Shown here piece by piece: positions 23,663 through 32,000 of a stretch of 32,000 nucleotides of DNA. Source of the stretch: Acaryochloris marina MBIC11017 (GTDB lineage Bacteria > Cyanobacteriota > Cyanobacteriia > Thermosynechococcales > Thermosynechococcaceae); contig NC_009925.1 of NCBI RefSeq assembly GCF_000018105.1, positions 3,600,001 to 3,632,000 of the forward strand, written 5' to 3'. Numbering within the stretch: position 1 is the first letter of the stretch; every line of letters starts with the position of its first letter. Made by a program: the position numbers and the translations under genes. The notes beneath the pieces are model-generated. The model ran no database searches and was not told where the DNA came from. It saw nothing but the letters and a program-made list of their open reading frames with translations.

Positions 23663-24195
23663 TGCCCACCCCCGAGTTTTTTCAGCAGGCTTGTCAGTGG
23701 TGTGCGATCTTGATGCTCGCCAGTGGTGTTTTTACAGGTCTAGCCTATGTCTTTAAATGGGGTATCCGCTTCCGTTTTGTCGGTGTTACCAGTCTATTAG
23801 GGGTGCTGACGGGCAGTTTACTGGCCTTAAGCTTTTTCCCTTTGAGTAAAGCTGTGATTCCAGGGGCTGACAAGTACAACTTGGTTTATGATGTCGCAGG
23901 TCCTGAGGTGGTGATTTCAGTTTCCCCTATGATCACCCCTACCGCACTTGAGGCGACTCTTCTGCAAGCTTCAGAGAATCTGTTCTCACCGGGGCGCATC
24001 GGCCGAGGCACCAATGATATGACTATCAAAGCTCGCACTATTTTGCATCAGAAATCAGGCATGTCTCAGCTCATTCCCCTGGGGCAAATTCAGCGCTCTT
24101 TGACTGTTCGTGACGACCCTAACGCTAAAATCACTTTGAATCAGGATAATTTAGCGGCTCTCGCCACCACGATTTTTGATCCCTCCTCTAGTTAA
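23662..24195 (+). CDS. ycf51: Ycf51-like (DUF2518) membrane protein
   Basis: Two N-terminal hydrophobic helices carry KWGIRFRFVGVTSLLGVLTGSLLAL, and LFSPGRIG lies downstream, as I recall for cyanobacterial and plastid Ycf51. The ATG shares one base with the upstream TAA (TAATG). Confidence 0.55.
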   Translation: MPTPEFFQQACQWCAILMLASGVFTGLAYVFKWGIRFRFVGVTSLLGVLTGSLLALSFFPLSKAVIPGADKYNLVYDVAGPEVVISVSPMITPTALEATLLQASENLFSPGRIGRGTNDMTIKARTILHQKSGMSQLIPLGQIQRSLTVRDDPNAKITLNQDNLAALATTIFDPSSS

Positions 24196-24275
24196 AATCA
24201 ATATTGGAAGTCAGCTTCCCTAGCCAAATGGATATCAGGAGAGGACTGACTTAATTGCTCCGTACCGTCCCACCT

Positions 24276-25445
24276 ATGTCTAAGTTCTCATCACCCTCTG
24301 TCTCCTCCTCGGTTGAGTGCGCCAGTCAAGCCATTGCACCCCAATGTGTCGTTCGAGCTGAGCAAAGTCTGGCTCAATTAGAATCTCTGATCCAGCCCTA
24401 TGGCCAACGACCGCTAGTGGTCGCTGGAGAGCATAGCTTAGCAGTCTTGCAGCCTTACTTGGCTGCAATTTCAACTTTAACTTTGGAGCTGGCGGTTGCC
24501 CATTATGGTCAAGATTGCAGTGAAGCCAGTCTCAAGGCTTTAGGAGAGGCGATGACCTGTCATCGTGCAGACGTCATTGTTGGGGTGGGCGGTGGAAAAG
24601 CGTTAGATGCAGCCAAACTCTTGGCCCATCAAAACCGCTGTCCCGTGATTACGATTCCCACCTCTGCCGCGACCTGTGCGGCCTGGACGGCGTTATCGAA
24701 TTTATATTCGGAGACAGGAGCATTTCAGTATGATGTCGGCTTACCTCGATGTCCTGATTTACTAATCCTGGATTATGAGGTGATCCAAACTGCTCCCCAG
24801 CGAACGCTGATTGCTGGCATTGGGGATGCGTTAGCGAAGTGGTACGAAGCGTCTGTGAGTAGCGGCCATTCCCAGGAAACCCTAACGATTGCTGCTGTGC
24901 AACAGGCCCGCGTGCTCAGAGATATTCTGTTTCAGAAATCCATGAAGGCCATTACCCAACCGGGCAGTGATGAGTGGCGACAAGTAGTGGATGCCACGGT
25001 GTTAATGGCAGGGGTTGTGGGAGGATTGGGTGGAGCTCAATGCCGTACTGTGGCTGCCCATGCCGTCCATAATGGGCTGACCCATCTCTCGCCGACCCGC
25101 GCCAGCTTACATGGGGAAAAAGTGGCCTATGGTATTTTGGTGCAATTGCGTTTAGAAGAACTGGTCCAGAATAACCACCTCGCGACAACGGCTCGCCATC
25201 AGCTGCTCAAATTCTATAAAGAGATTGGCTTACCGATGACCCTGGCCGATTTAGGGATGGAGGATGTGTCTCTGAAGAACTTACAAATGGCGGCGCAAGT
25301 GGCTTGCCAGCCAGATTCAGATCTCCACCATTTACCCTTTACGGTGATGCCAGATCAGCTGCTAGCGGCGATGGTCTCTACGGCTAGTCTCATGGCGGAC
25401 GGTAGTGCTAATCCAAGCTCTCCATCGGAAGAGGTTTGCCCATGA
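24276..25445 (+). CDS. Iron-containing (group III) alcohol dehydrogenase / glycerol-dehydrogenase-like oxidoreductase
   Basis: Motifs are VGVGGGKALDAAKLLA, ITIPTSAATCAAW and the metal-His block HAVHNGLTH...HGEKVAYG. I prefer the ATG at 24276; the track TTG is at 24255. Confidence 0.8.
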   Translation: MSKFSSPSVSSSVECASQAIAPQCVVRAEQSLAQLESLIQPYGQRPLVVAGEHSLAVLQPYLAAISTLTLELAVAHYGQDCSEASLKALGEAMTCHRADVIVGVGGGKALDAAKLLAHQNRCPVITIPTSAATCAAWTALSNLYSETGAFQYDVGLPRCPDLLILDYEVIQTAPQRTLIAGIGDALAKWYEASVSSGHSQETLTIAAVQQARVLRDILFQKSMKAITQPGSDEWRQVVDATVLMAGVVGGLGGAQCRTVAAHAVHNGLTHLSPTRASLHGEKVAYGILVQLRLEELVQNNHLATTARHQLLKFYKEIGLPMTLADLGMEDVSLKNLQMAAQVACQPDSDLHHLPFTVMPDQLLAAMVSTASLMADGSANPSSPSEEVCP

Positions 25446-26653
25446 GTTTGGATTGGATCAAACCGGCTGACCGGTTGAGTGCATTGCCACCCTATGTATT
25501 TGCCCGTTTAGATGAACTCAAAACCTCGGCTCGTCAGCAAGGGCTGGATCTGATTGATTTGGGTATGGGAAACCCGGATGGTCCGCCGCCCGAACCGGTG
25601 ATAGAAGCTGCGATCGCAGCCCTCAAATCCCCCAATACTCATGGCTATCCTCCCTTTGAAGGCCATGCAGACTTCCGTCATACCATTACCGATTGGTATC
25701 ACCGCCGATATGACGTATTGCTCGATCCGGAGATTGAGGCTCTACCGTTACTTGGCTCTAAAGAAGGCTTAACCCACCTCGCTTTAGCCTATATCAATCC
25801 GGGGGATGTGGTGTTAGTCCCCAATCCAGCCTATCCACCCCACTTTCGAGGCCCAGCCCTAGCCGGAGCCGAAATTTACGGTTTGCCCTTAAAGGCAGAA
25901 AATGACTGGCTGATTGACTTAGGCAGCATTCCTGATCAGGTGGCAGAACGGGCCAAAATCCTCTACTTCAATTACCCCAGTAATCCAACGACGGCTGTGG
26001 CCCCCCGAGAGCTGTTTACAGAAATTGTCGCCTTTGCGCGTAAACATCAAATTTTGCTGGTTCATGACCTCTGCTATGCCGAGCTAGCGTTTGATGGCTA
26101 TCAGCCGGTCAGTCTGCTGGAAATTCCAGGGGCAAAGGAGATTGGCGTTGAGTTTCATACCCTGTCCAAAACCTACAATATGGCCGGTTGGCGGGTGGGG
26201 TTTGTGGTAGGCAATCCCCAAATTATTCAAGGGCTGCGAACTTTGAAAACTAACTTAGACTATGGCATTTTTGCTGTGGTTCAGGCGGCCGCCCAAACTG
26301 CACTGCAACTCCCCGATAGCCATTTGCAAGGGGTGCAGCAGCGCTACCGAGAGCGACGAGATTTTGTCATTGCCGGATTGGGTGAGCTGGGCTGGCACAT
26401 CCCCAAAACGAAAGCAACCATGTATTTATGGGCACCCTGTCCTGTAGAGATGTCCTCCGCAGACTTTGCCTTAAAGCTGATCCAAGAAACCGGAATTGTG
26501 ATGACGCCGGGGAGTGCCTTTGGTCATCATGGCGAAGGCTATTTGCGGATTAGCTTGATCGCAGACTGCGATCGCCTCGGTGAAGCCATTCATCGTATTC
26601 GTCAATCTCAGATTTGTGGTACTCCTACCAGCAACGTTATCAGCCCATCATGA
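25442..26653 (+). CDS. Class I/II PLP-dependent aminotransferase (AspC / alternative-DapL-like)
   Basis: Motifs are LPPYVFARLDELK, IDLGMGNPDGPPP, LGSKEGLTHL, NYPSNPT and the PLP-Lys block HTLSKTYNMAGWRVGF. The ATG at 25442 overlaps the upstream TGA (ATGA). Confidence 0.85.
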   Translation: MSLDWIKPADRLSALPPYVFARLDELKTSARQQGLDLIDLGMGNPDGPPPEPVIEAAIAALKSPNTHGYPPFEGHADFRHTITDWYHRRYDVLLDPEIEALPLLGSKEGLTHLALAYINPGDVVLVPNPAYPPHFRGPALAGAEIYGLPLKAENDWLIDLGSIPDQVAERAKILYFNYPSNPTTAVAPRELFTEIVAFARKHQILLVHDLCYAELAFDGYQPVSLLEIPGAKEIGVEFHTLSKTYNMAGWRVGFVVGNPQIIQGLRTLKTNLDYGIFAVVQAAAQTALQLPDSHLQGVQQRYRERRDFVIAGLGELGWHIPKTKATMYLWAPCPVEMSSADFALKLIQETGIVMTPGSAFGHHGEGYLRISLIADCDRLGEAIHRIRQSQICGTPTSNVISPS

Positions 26654-26731
26654 AGGGAAGGTTTCTAATATCTGTGATCATTTGTTGTTTCTCAAGTCAG
26701 AGCGGCTTCCCCCTGCTATGTGGGAGGAGCC

Positions 26732-28066
26732 ATGACCGTTTCTAGAAGCATCTGTTTAGGATTTTTAGTCGCCATTTTAGTCGGTGCAGGTTTACTGCTG
26801 CTCCCCATCTCAACGGCCAGTGGAGACTGGAATAGTCCTGTGATTGCCCTGTTTACGGCCACGTCTGCTGTCTGTGTCACAGGCCATGTGGTGGTGGATA
26901 CGGGATCCTACTTTTCCCCTGTGGGACAGGTCTTTATCCTCACTCTGATCCAGTTGGGAGGGTTGGGCTATATGGTGTCCACCACGTTTTTGCTGTTGTT
27001 ACTGGGACGAAAATTTGGCCTCAGAGATAAGATTGCCCTCCAGCAGGCCTTAGATCGCTCTAAATTACAGGGGTCTAACCAGGTAGTGGTATCTATCATT
27101 GCCACCATCCTGGTCTTTGAGCTGATGGGCATGATCTTCCTATTTGGGGTGTTTAGTCAGCAGTATCCTACCCCCCTTGCTCTTTGGTATGCCGTGTTTC
27201 ACAGTATCAGCGCTTGGAATAATGCAGGATTTAGCTTATTCCCGGATAGCCTGAGCAGTTATCAGTTTTCCTGGATCGTCAATCTCACCATCTCTGGTCT
27301 AGTTATTATTGGCGGCATTGGCTATGAAGCTATTTTTGAAGTGTATCTATGGCTGCGTGACCGTCTAGCAGGGAAGCAAAAGCGAACCCTGTTCTCTCTT
27401 AATTTTCGAGTGGTGACGAGTACCACGGCGATGCTATTGACGTTAGGTACCATTGCCTTTTACCTGACGGAATCTCGTAATCCAGACACGTTACAAGCTC
27501 TCAGCTGGAATGATCAGTTGATCTCGGCTTGGTTTCAGTCCATGACAACCCGTACCGCTGGGTTTAACACCATTGATATTGGCAGTATGACCAATGCAGG
27601 ACTCTTCCTGGCCATTGCCTTTATGTATGTGGGCGGCAGTCCGGGTGGAACGGGGGGTGGGGTGAAGACGACCACCATCCGCGTCCTGAGTAGCTGTACC
27701 AAAGCGATTCTTCGGGGTAAAGAATCCGTCACCATGTATGAACGCCAAATCCCCTTATCCTTGATTTTGAAAGCGGTGGGGGTCGTGGTGGGTTCAATCA
27801 CCACGATTGTCTCGGCGACAACGTTAATGTCGATCGCTGATCCAGGGGTGGAGTTCATCAATATTTTGTTTGAAGTGGTGTCTGCTTATGCCACGGTTGG
27901 TTTATCGACTGGGATTACGGCGGCTTTAACCGGAAGTTCGAAACTTATTTTGGCCGCCACCATGTATATGGGGCGAGTCGGTGTCTTACTCTTGATGGCA
28001 GCCTTATTGGGTGATCCTCGCCCCAGTACTGTTCGGTATCCAGAAGAATCTTTATTGGTCGGATAA
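26732..28066 (+). CDS. ktrB: TrkH/KtrB-family potassium uptake membrane subunit
   Basis: This is a roughly 444-aa polytopic protein with repeated pore-loop-type segments: TATSAVCVTG, SAWNNAGFSL, TTRTAGFNT and YATVGLSTG. The ATG at 26732 sits 4 nt after a GGAGG at 26723-26727. Confidence 0.85.
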   Translation: MTVSRSICLGFLVAILVGAGLLLLPISTASGDWNSPVIALFTATSAVCVTGHVVVDTGSYFSPVGQVFILTLIQLGGLGYMVSTTFLLLLLGRKFGLRDKIALQQALDRSKLQGSNQVVVSIIATILVFELMGMIFLFGVFSQQYPTPLALWYAVFHSISAWNNAGFSLFPDSLSSYQFSWIVNLTISGLVIIGGIGYEAIFEVYLWLRDRLAGKQKRTLFSLNFRVVTSTTAMLLTLGTIAFYLTESRNPDTLQALSWNDQLISAWFQSMTTRTAGFNTIDIGSMTNAGLFLAIAFMYVGGSPGGTGGGVKTTTIRVLSSCTKAILRGKESVTMYERQIPLSLILKAVGVVVGSITTIVSATTLMSIADPGVEFINILFEVVSAYATVGLSTGITAALTGSSKLILAATMYMGRVGVLLLMAALLGDPRPSTVRYPEESLLVG

Positions 28067-28108
28067 ATTGCTTTTAGGATAAAAAACTAGCATTATGGAT
28101 ATATACCC

Positions 28109-28804
28109 GTGAATTTATCATCATTGAGTTTATTCCCAGGTCTTAACAAGAAAAAGCAGCAGTTTGCTGTGATTGGCTTAGGGCGTTTTGGTCGGGCAGC
28201 CTGTCAGGCATTACACCAAGCCGGCCAAGAAGTGTTAGGGACGGATATTGATGAAAAACGCGTGACCGAAGTCGTCAATAATCACTGGGCGGCTCATGCG
28301 TTGCAGCTCGATTCCACGGATCCCTTGGCCCTGAAGGAAGCAGGGATTTACGAGTTTGATACGGTGATTATTGCCATCGGTAACTATCTGCAAGAAAGCA
28401 TTATTACAACTCTAAATGTCAAAGAAGCAGGTGTTGCCAAAGTCGTGGCTAAAGCGTCTTCGGAAGTGCATGGTAAGCTGCTCAAACGAGTCGGGGCTGA
28501 CCAGGTAGTCTTTCCTGAAAATGAAGCGGGGTACGCCTTGGCCCGGACGCTGACGAAGCCTTCTATCCTGGATCACTTTGAACTAGATCCGCAGCATAGC
28601 ATCGTTGAAATTGTGGTGCCTGATGAGTTTCACAATAAATCGATTGGAGAATTGCAGCTTCGAAGTCGTTATGGCCTCAACGTTTTAGCGATTTGTCGCG
28701 ATCAGAAATTTAATATCAATCCCAGCCCCGATCTCAATTTGCAAAAAGGATCCGTGATGGTGGTGATTGGGGAAACCAAAGCGATTGATGAGCTGCCTCT
28801 TTAA
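28109..28804 (+). CDS. ktrA: KtrA/TrkA-type NAD-binding (RCK) peripheral subunit of the K+ transporter
   Basis: It has the Rossmann motif FAVIGLGRFGRA, an RCK_N domain and a short RCK_C (VVPDEFHNKSIGELQLRSRYGLNVLAI). The 231-aa length fits KtrA rather than the double-length TrkA. The GTG start is tentative. Confidence 0.85.
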   Translation: MNLSSLSLFPGLNKKKQQFAVIGLGRFGRAACQALHQAGQEVLGTDIDEKRVTEVVNNHWAAHALQLDSTDPLALKEAGIYEFDTVIIAIGNYLQESIITTLNVKEAGVAKVVAKASSEVHGKLLKRVGADQVVFPENEAGYALARTLTKPSILDHFELDPQHSIVEIVVPDEFHNKSIGELQLRSRYGLNVLAICRDQKFNINPSPDLNLQKGSVMVVIGETKAIDELPL

Positions 28805-28851
28805 CAGGTGATAATGTTAATAGCCTGCAGCTTGAGGAATAAGTCCTAGCT

Positions 28852-29799
28852 TTGTCTGATCTCTCGTCTTTAACTTCTATCCCCCAAGCCTCTCCTGAGT
28901 TTAAGTCAGGCTTTGTTGCCATTGTCGGTCGGCCCAACGTGGGGAAGTCGACGTTGATGAATCAACTGATTGGGCAGAAAATCGCGATTACGTCTCCAGT
29001 TGCCCAAACCACCCGCAATCGCCTCCGGGGGATTTTAACTACCCCCACAGCCCAAATGATTTTTGTGGATACTCCTGGTATCCATAAGCCGCATCATCAA
29101 TTGGGGGAAATCTTAGTCAAGAATGCGCGCATGGCCATCCATGCAGTGGATGTGGTGTTATTTGTGGTGGATTGCTCAGAGCCGTTAGGGGGTGGAGACC
29201 GATTTATTGCTCAATTACTGGCCCAAACCAACACGCCCGTTATTTTGGGACTGAATAAGCTTGATATACAGCGGAAAACAGCCCAGCAGGCCTTGACCTT
29301 AGACCAAGCCTATAAAGCCCTGGCAAAAGAACACCATTGGCCCGTTTGTAAATTTTCGGCGTTGACGACGGCCAAATTAAAGTCGCTGCAGCGCCAACTG
29401 ATTGAAAAGCTGGTCCCTGGTCCCTACTATTACCCCCCTGACTTGGTAACCGATCAGCCGGAACGGTTCATTATGGGAGAGTTGATTCGAGAACAGATTT
29501 TGCTGCTGACCCGGCAAGAAGTCCCCCATTCCGTGGCCATTGTGATTGAGCGCGTCGATGAATCGCCCAAAATCACCCGCATTTTAGCCACCATTCATGT
29601 GGAACGCCCCTCTCAAAAGCAGATTCTTATTGGCAAAAAGGGCAGTATGCTCAAAGCCATTGGCACCGAAGCTCGCCAACAAATTCAAAAACTGATTGCA
29701 GGTAAAGTTTATTTGGAGCTGTTTGTTAAGGTGCAACCCAAATGGCGACAGTCCAGAATGCAGTTGGCGGAACTGGGATATCAGGTGGAATCAAATTAG
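28852..29799 (+). CDS. era: GTPase Era
   Basis: GTPase motifs are G1 GRPNVGKSTL, G3 DTPG and G4 NKLD. The C-terminal KH domain is ...ILIGKKGSMLKAIG.... The only in-frame start ahead of G1 is the TTG at 28852, with GAGGAA 13 nt upstream. Confidence 0.9.
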   Translation: MSDLSSLTSIPQASPEFKSGFVAIVGRPNVGKSTLMNQLIGQKIAITSPVAQTTRNRLRGILTTPTAQMIFVDTPGIHKPHHQLGEILVKNARMAIHAVDVVLFVVDCSEPLGGGDRFIAQLLAQTNTPVILGLNKLDIQRKTAQQALTLDQAYKALAKEHHWPVCKFSALTTAKLKSLQRQLIEKLVPGPYYYPPDLVTDQPERFIMGELIREQILLLTRQEVPHSVAIVIERVDESPKITRILATIHVERPSQKQILIGKKGSMLKAIGTEARQQIQKLIAGKVYLELFVKVQPKWRQSRMQLAELGYQVESN

Positions 29800-29840
29800 G
29801 TCTGTCCGATCAATCTCGTGGATTCCTGTTGAGTGCTGCG

Positions 29841-30089
29841 CTAGGTGGGCACTAGTTCTCCCGGTCTGAGCCGTGCCCATTTACCTGCATCCTCGGAAAA
29901 GCTGGCACATCCGACCACATCCCATTCCATTTCGATCTCTTCCCCACGATTGCGAATATTGACATTAATCGTCGGTTGTTCGGGTTCAAACTTGGGATGA
30001 TCGGTGAGATGAGGCTGTAGATGCTGGGTTTCTACCGCATGATAGGTGATGCATTGATCAACGAATTGGCAATTGATGCAAATACACAT
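29841..30089 (-). CDS. ycf34: Ycf34-family small Cys-rich (Fe-S) protein
   Basis: The N-terminus is MCICINCQFVDQCITYHAVE, the characteristic Ycf34 start. The 82-aa length fits the family. Confidence 0.75.
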   Translation of the reverse strand: MCICINCQFVDQCITYHAVETQHLQPHLTDHPKFEPEQPTINVNIRNRGEEIEMEWDVVGCASFSEDAGKWARLRPGELVPT

Positions 30090-30160
30090 GGTTCACGCCC
30101 TCATCGAATTGGCTAGAGGTCCGTCGTCCCAGGATAACCGTCTAGCCCCTTACCGACACT

Positions 30161-31435
30161 TTAACGGATTTGCGATGGGGGATGCCAGGTTTGTATCACC
30201 CGACCTGTCAGGGACTGTCCATACCAGGGGGTATTCTGACTCAGGGATTTTAAGGTGTGGGCGTCAGCGGACCAGGACTGTTGAGGATCAAAGAGCACCA
30301 TTTCTGCGGGCTGACCCACTTCCACTCTAGGAGGTGCTTGTCCTAAACAGTGGCTAGGAGCAGTACTGAGCCGTTGCCATAGGGTGAGGGGTGACCAGCG
30401 CTTGCTGGCGACCAAGGACTGCCACAGTAAGGATAATGCCAGCTCTAAACCAATTGCGCCCGGAGGAGCCGCACTAAAGGCAACGGTTTTTTCTTCATAA
30501 GTATAGGCATGGTGATCAATTGCGATCGCATCGATGATGCCCGTTTCTAATCCCTGTATCAAAGCCTGTTGATCTTGGAGATTGCCAACAGGAGGATCTA
30601 ATCGCCAGTTGACATCATAGGTACTGAGAGACTGGCTATTGCCTAACACATGCATCCAGGTGGTACTGGCTGTGATCGGTAGTCCACGAGCCTTGGCAGC
30701 TTGAATTAGTTCGACACTTCGAGCCGTAGACACCCTCATAATATGGACAGGCACCTGAGTTGCAGAGATGATTTCTAACAGGGCAGCCAGGACCGATGTC
30801 TCAGCCATGGTGGGGGACTCTGATAGCCCTAATCGCAGGGCATCGAGGCCTTCGCGGATAACGCCACAACCCGCTAAGGCAGGATCGCAAGGCCAAAGGG
30901 CGATAGGGTAAGACTCTGCCGCTAGATATTCACAGAGTCGCCGCAGCAAGATGGCGTTCTGAAGCGATCGGCCATCACTAAACCCGACCACCCCAGCCTG
31001 AATCAAATCTGCATATTCAACGAGCTGTTTGCCTTCTAGGTTTTGGGTCATGGCCCCCCAAGCTTGGACTTGCAGGGGTAACCCGGGGGGAAGCTGAGCT
31101 TGGATCCGGGCTAAACCATCGCCATTATCCAGTGGCGGATGGGTATCGGGGAGAAGGGTGAGGCGCGTGAAACCGCCTGCGATCGCAGATGCAGTCAAAG
31201 ACGCCAAGGTCTCCCGCGTTTCAAACCCTGGATCATCGGAATGGCTATAGAGATCGACCAGCCCCGGCCCCAAAATCAGCCCTGAGCAATCTCGTTCTTG
31301 ACTGCCTGAAACCGTGCTGACACCCGGCTCTGAAATCTCTATGATTTTGCCATTGTCAATCAGGACATCAGCCACCCGATCAACTTGTGACGGTGGATCT
31401 AACACGCGCACTTGTTTGAGCTGTTCTTGTGTCAT
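30161..31435 (-). CDS. Dihydroorotase-family amidohydrolase (type I DHOase-like; metal-ligand positions look degenerate, PyrC'-like)
   Basis: The fold-typical blocks are present: GPGLVDLYSHSDDPGFE.RETL, AAIAGGFTRL, GFSDG, PVHIMRVST...ELIQAAKARG and IAIDHHAY. However, the canonical HxH reads YSH (Tyr codon 31247-31249). Confidence 0.75.
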   Translation of the reverse strand: MTQEQLKQVRVLDPPSQVDRVADVLIDNGKIIEISEPGVSTVSGSQERDCSGLILGPGLVDLYSHSDDPGFETRETLASLTASAIAGGFTRLTLLPDTHPPLDNGDGLARIQAQLPPGLPLQVQAWGAMTQNLEGKQLVEYADLIQAGVVGFSDGRSLQNAILLRRLCEYLAAESYPIALWPCDPALAGCGVIREGLDALRLGLSESPTMAETSVLAALLEIISATQVPVHIMRVSTARSVELIQAAKARGLPITASTTWMHVLGNSQSLSTYDVNWRLDPPVGNLQDQQALIQGLETGIIDAIAIDHHAYTYEEKTVAFSAAPPGAIGLELALSLLWQSLVASKRWSPLTLWQRLSTAPSHCLGQAPPRVEVGQPAEMVLFDPQQSWSADAHTLKSLSQNTPWYGQSLTGRVIQTWHPPSQIR

Positions 31436-31485
31436 ACCCGATCCGTCGTGGGTTCTCCTAGATCAAGACTAAAGATGGATGCCGG

Positions 31486-32000
31486 TTATAGCGCCCCTGC
31501 TGCTGTTTGGTCTAAGACGCCGCCTGCTAAATGGGTGGTGATATTCATCGCCTGCAAAATGGGGTGACCGTCCGTATCATAATCGATGACGCTGACGGCG
31601 CCATTGCCCTGTTTGAAGCACCAAAAGTGTTCCGGCCCTAACCCGGCAACATGACAGAGCACCACTTTGTTAATGGCATCATGGGCTACCACTAATCCCG
31701 TCTGTTCTGTTTTGCCGGTGGCTAAGGCTTGGGCCACAATATCATCCCAAGCAGCAATGGCTCGATCCCAAACCTGTTGCAAATTTTCACCTTCCGGCAT
31801 TTGCACGGTTTCTGGGGCCGTACGCCACCGATCAAGCTCACCGGGATAGCGGTCTTCAATTTCAGATTCTAAACAGCCTTCCCAGGTCCCATGGCTAATT
31901 TCCCAGAGGGGTTCTGAAAGATCGAGCTGCACCTGAGGGTGATTCTGGAGAATTAGTTCTGCGGTTTCTTTGGGGCGAGCCAGAGAGCTGCTGATGGCAA
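31486..32000 (-). CDS. Histidine phosphatase (phosphoglycerate-mutase-like) family protein; N-terminus lies off the right edge
   Basis: The frame stays open upstream of the track GTG at 31932 to the window end (...AISSSLARPKETAELILQNHPQVQLDLSEPLWEISHGTWEG...). The SSLxR...TA, E...G.WEG and VVAHDAINKV blocks match the family. The RHG catalytic motif would lie outside the window. Confidence 0.6.
   Translation of the reverse strand, partial: AISSSLARPKETAELILQNHPQVQLDLSEPLWEISHGTWEGCLESEIEDRYPGELDRWRTAPETVQMPEGENLQQVWDRAIAAWDDIVAQALATGKTEQTGLVVAHDAINKVVLCHVAGLGPEHFWCFKQGNGAVSVIDYDTDGHPILQAMNITTHLAGGVLDQTAAGAL

Noticed and set aside
26654-26731. A possible c-di-AMP (ydaO-type) riboswitch upstream of ktrB, by analogy with Bacillus ktrAB.
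   Set aside because: The spacer is only 78 nt, too short for that riboswitch class. I could not see the paired pseudo-symmetric helices.
1-32000. A scan of all intergenic regions for tRNA, rRNA, CRISPR repeats, transposase or integrase genes and terminal inverted repeats of IS elements.
   Set aside because: I found none. Apart from the 680-bp AT-rich region, intergenic spacers are short. That region shows no cloverleaf-like or direct-repeat/spacer structure. No ORF shows DDE, tyrosine-recombinase or serine-recombinase motifs.

Overview
This is a cyanobacterial chromosomal fragment. The evidence is ten copies of the HIP1 octamer GCGATCGC (1416, 6704, 13738, 19638, 21997, 23387, 25610, 26568, 30522, 31179) plus ycf34- and ycf51-like genes. 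All protein calls come from reading motifs in the supplied translations by eye; no searches were run. The window falls into three blocks. (1) About 1-9.3 kb looks accessory and is more AT-rich by eye. It holds two SDR oxidoreductases, two small orphan ORFs, a small membrane protein and an MmyB-like HTH regulator. It also holds a co-directional minus-strand cluster of lipoxygenase -> cytochrome P450 -> sulfotransferase (8640 down to 4007). I consider this cluster the most interesting item: a candidate pathway to a modified, possibly sulfated, oxylipin. (2) 9.3-18.9 kb is a five-gene, tightly packed plus-strand signalling operon. It encodes an 1837-aa Ser/Thr-kinase/STAND-ATPase/TPR/GAF/His-kinase protein, a stand-alone receiver, a receiver-His-kinase hybrid and two receiver-GGDEF diguanylate cyclases. 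(3) 18.9-32 kb is housekeeping: THUMP RNA methyltransferase, PDH E2, a FIST protein, a SufU-like protein, Ycf51, an Fe-ADH plus aminotransferase pair, KtrB/KtrA, Era, Ycf34, a dihydroorotase-like protein and a histidine phosphatase. Two of these carry substitutions at canonical active-site positions: SufU-like Cys->Tyr, and the DHOase-like first metal His->Tyr. I saw no tRNA, rRNA, CRISPR array, transposase or integrase.
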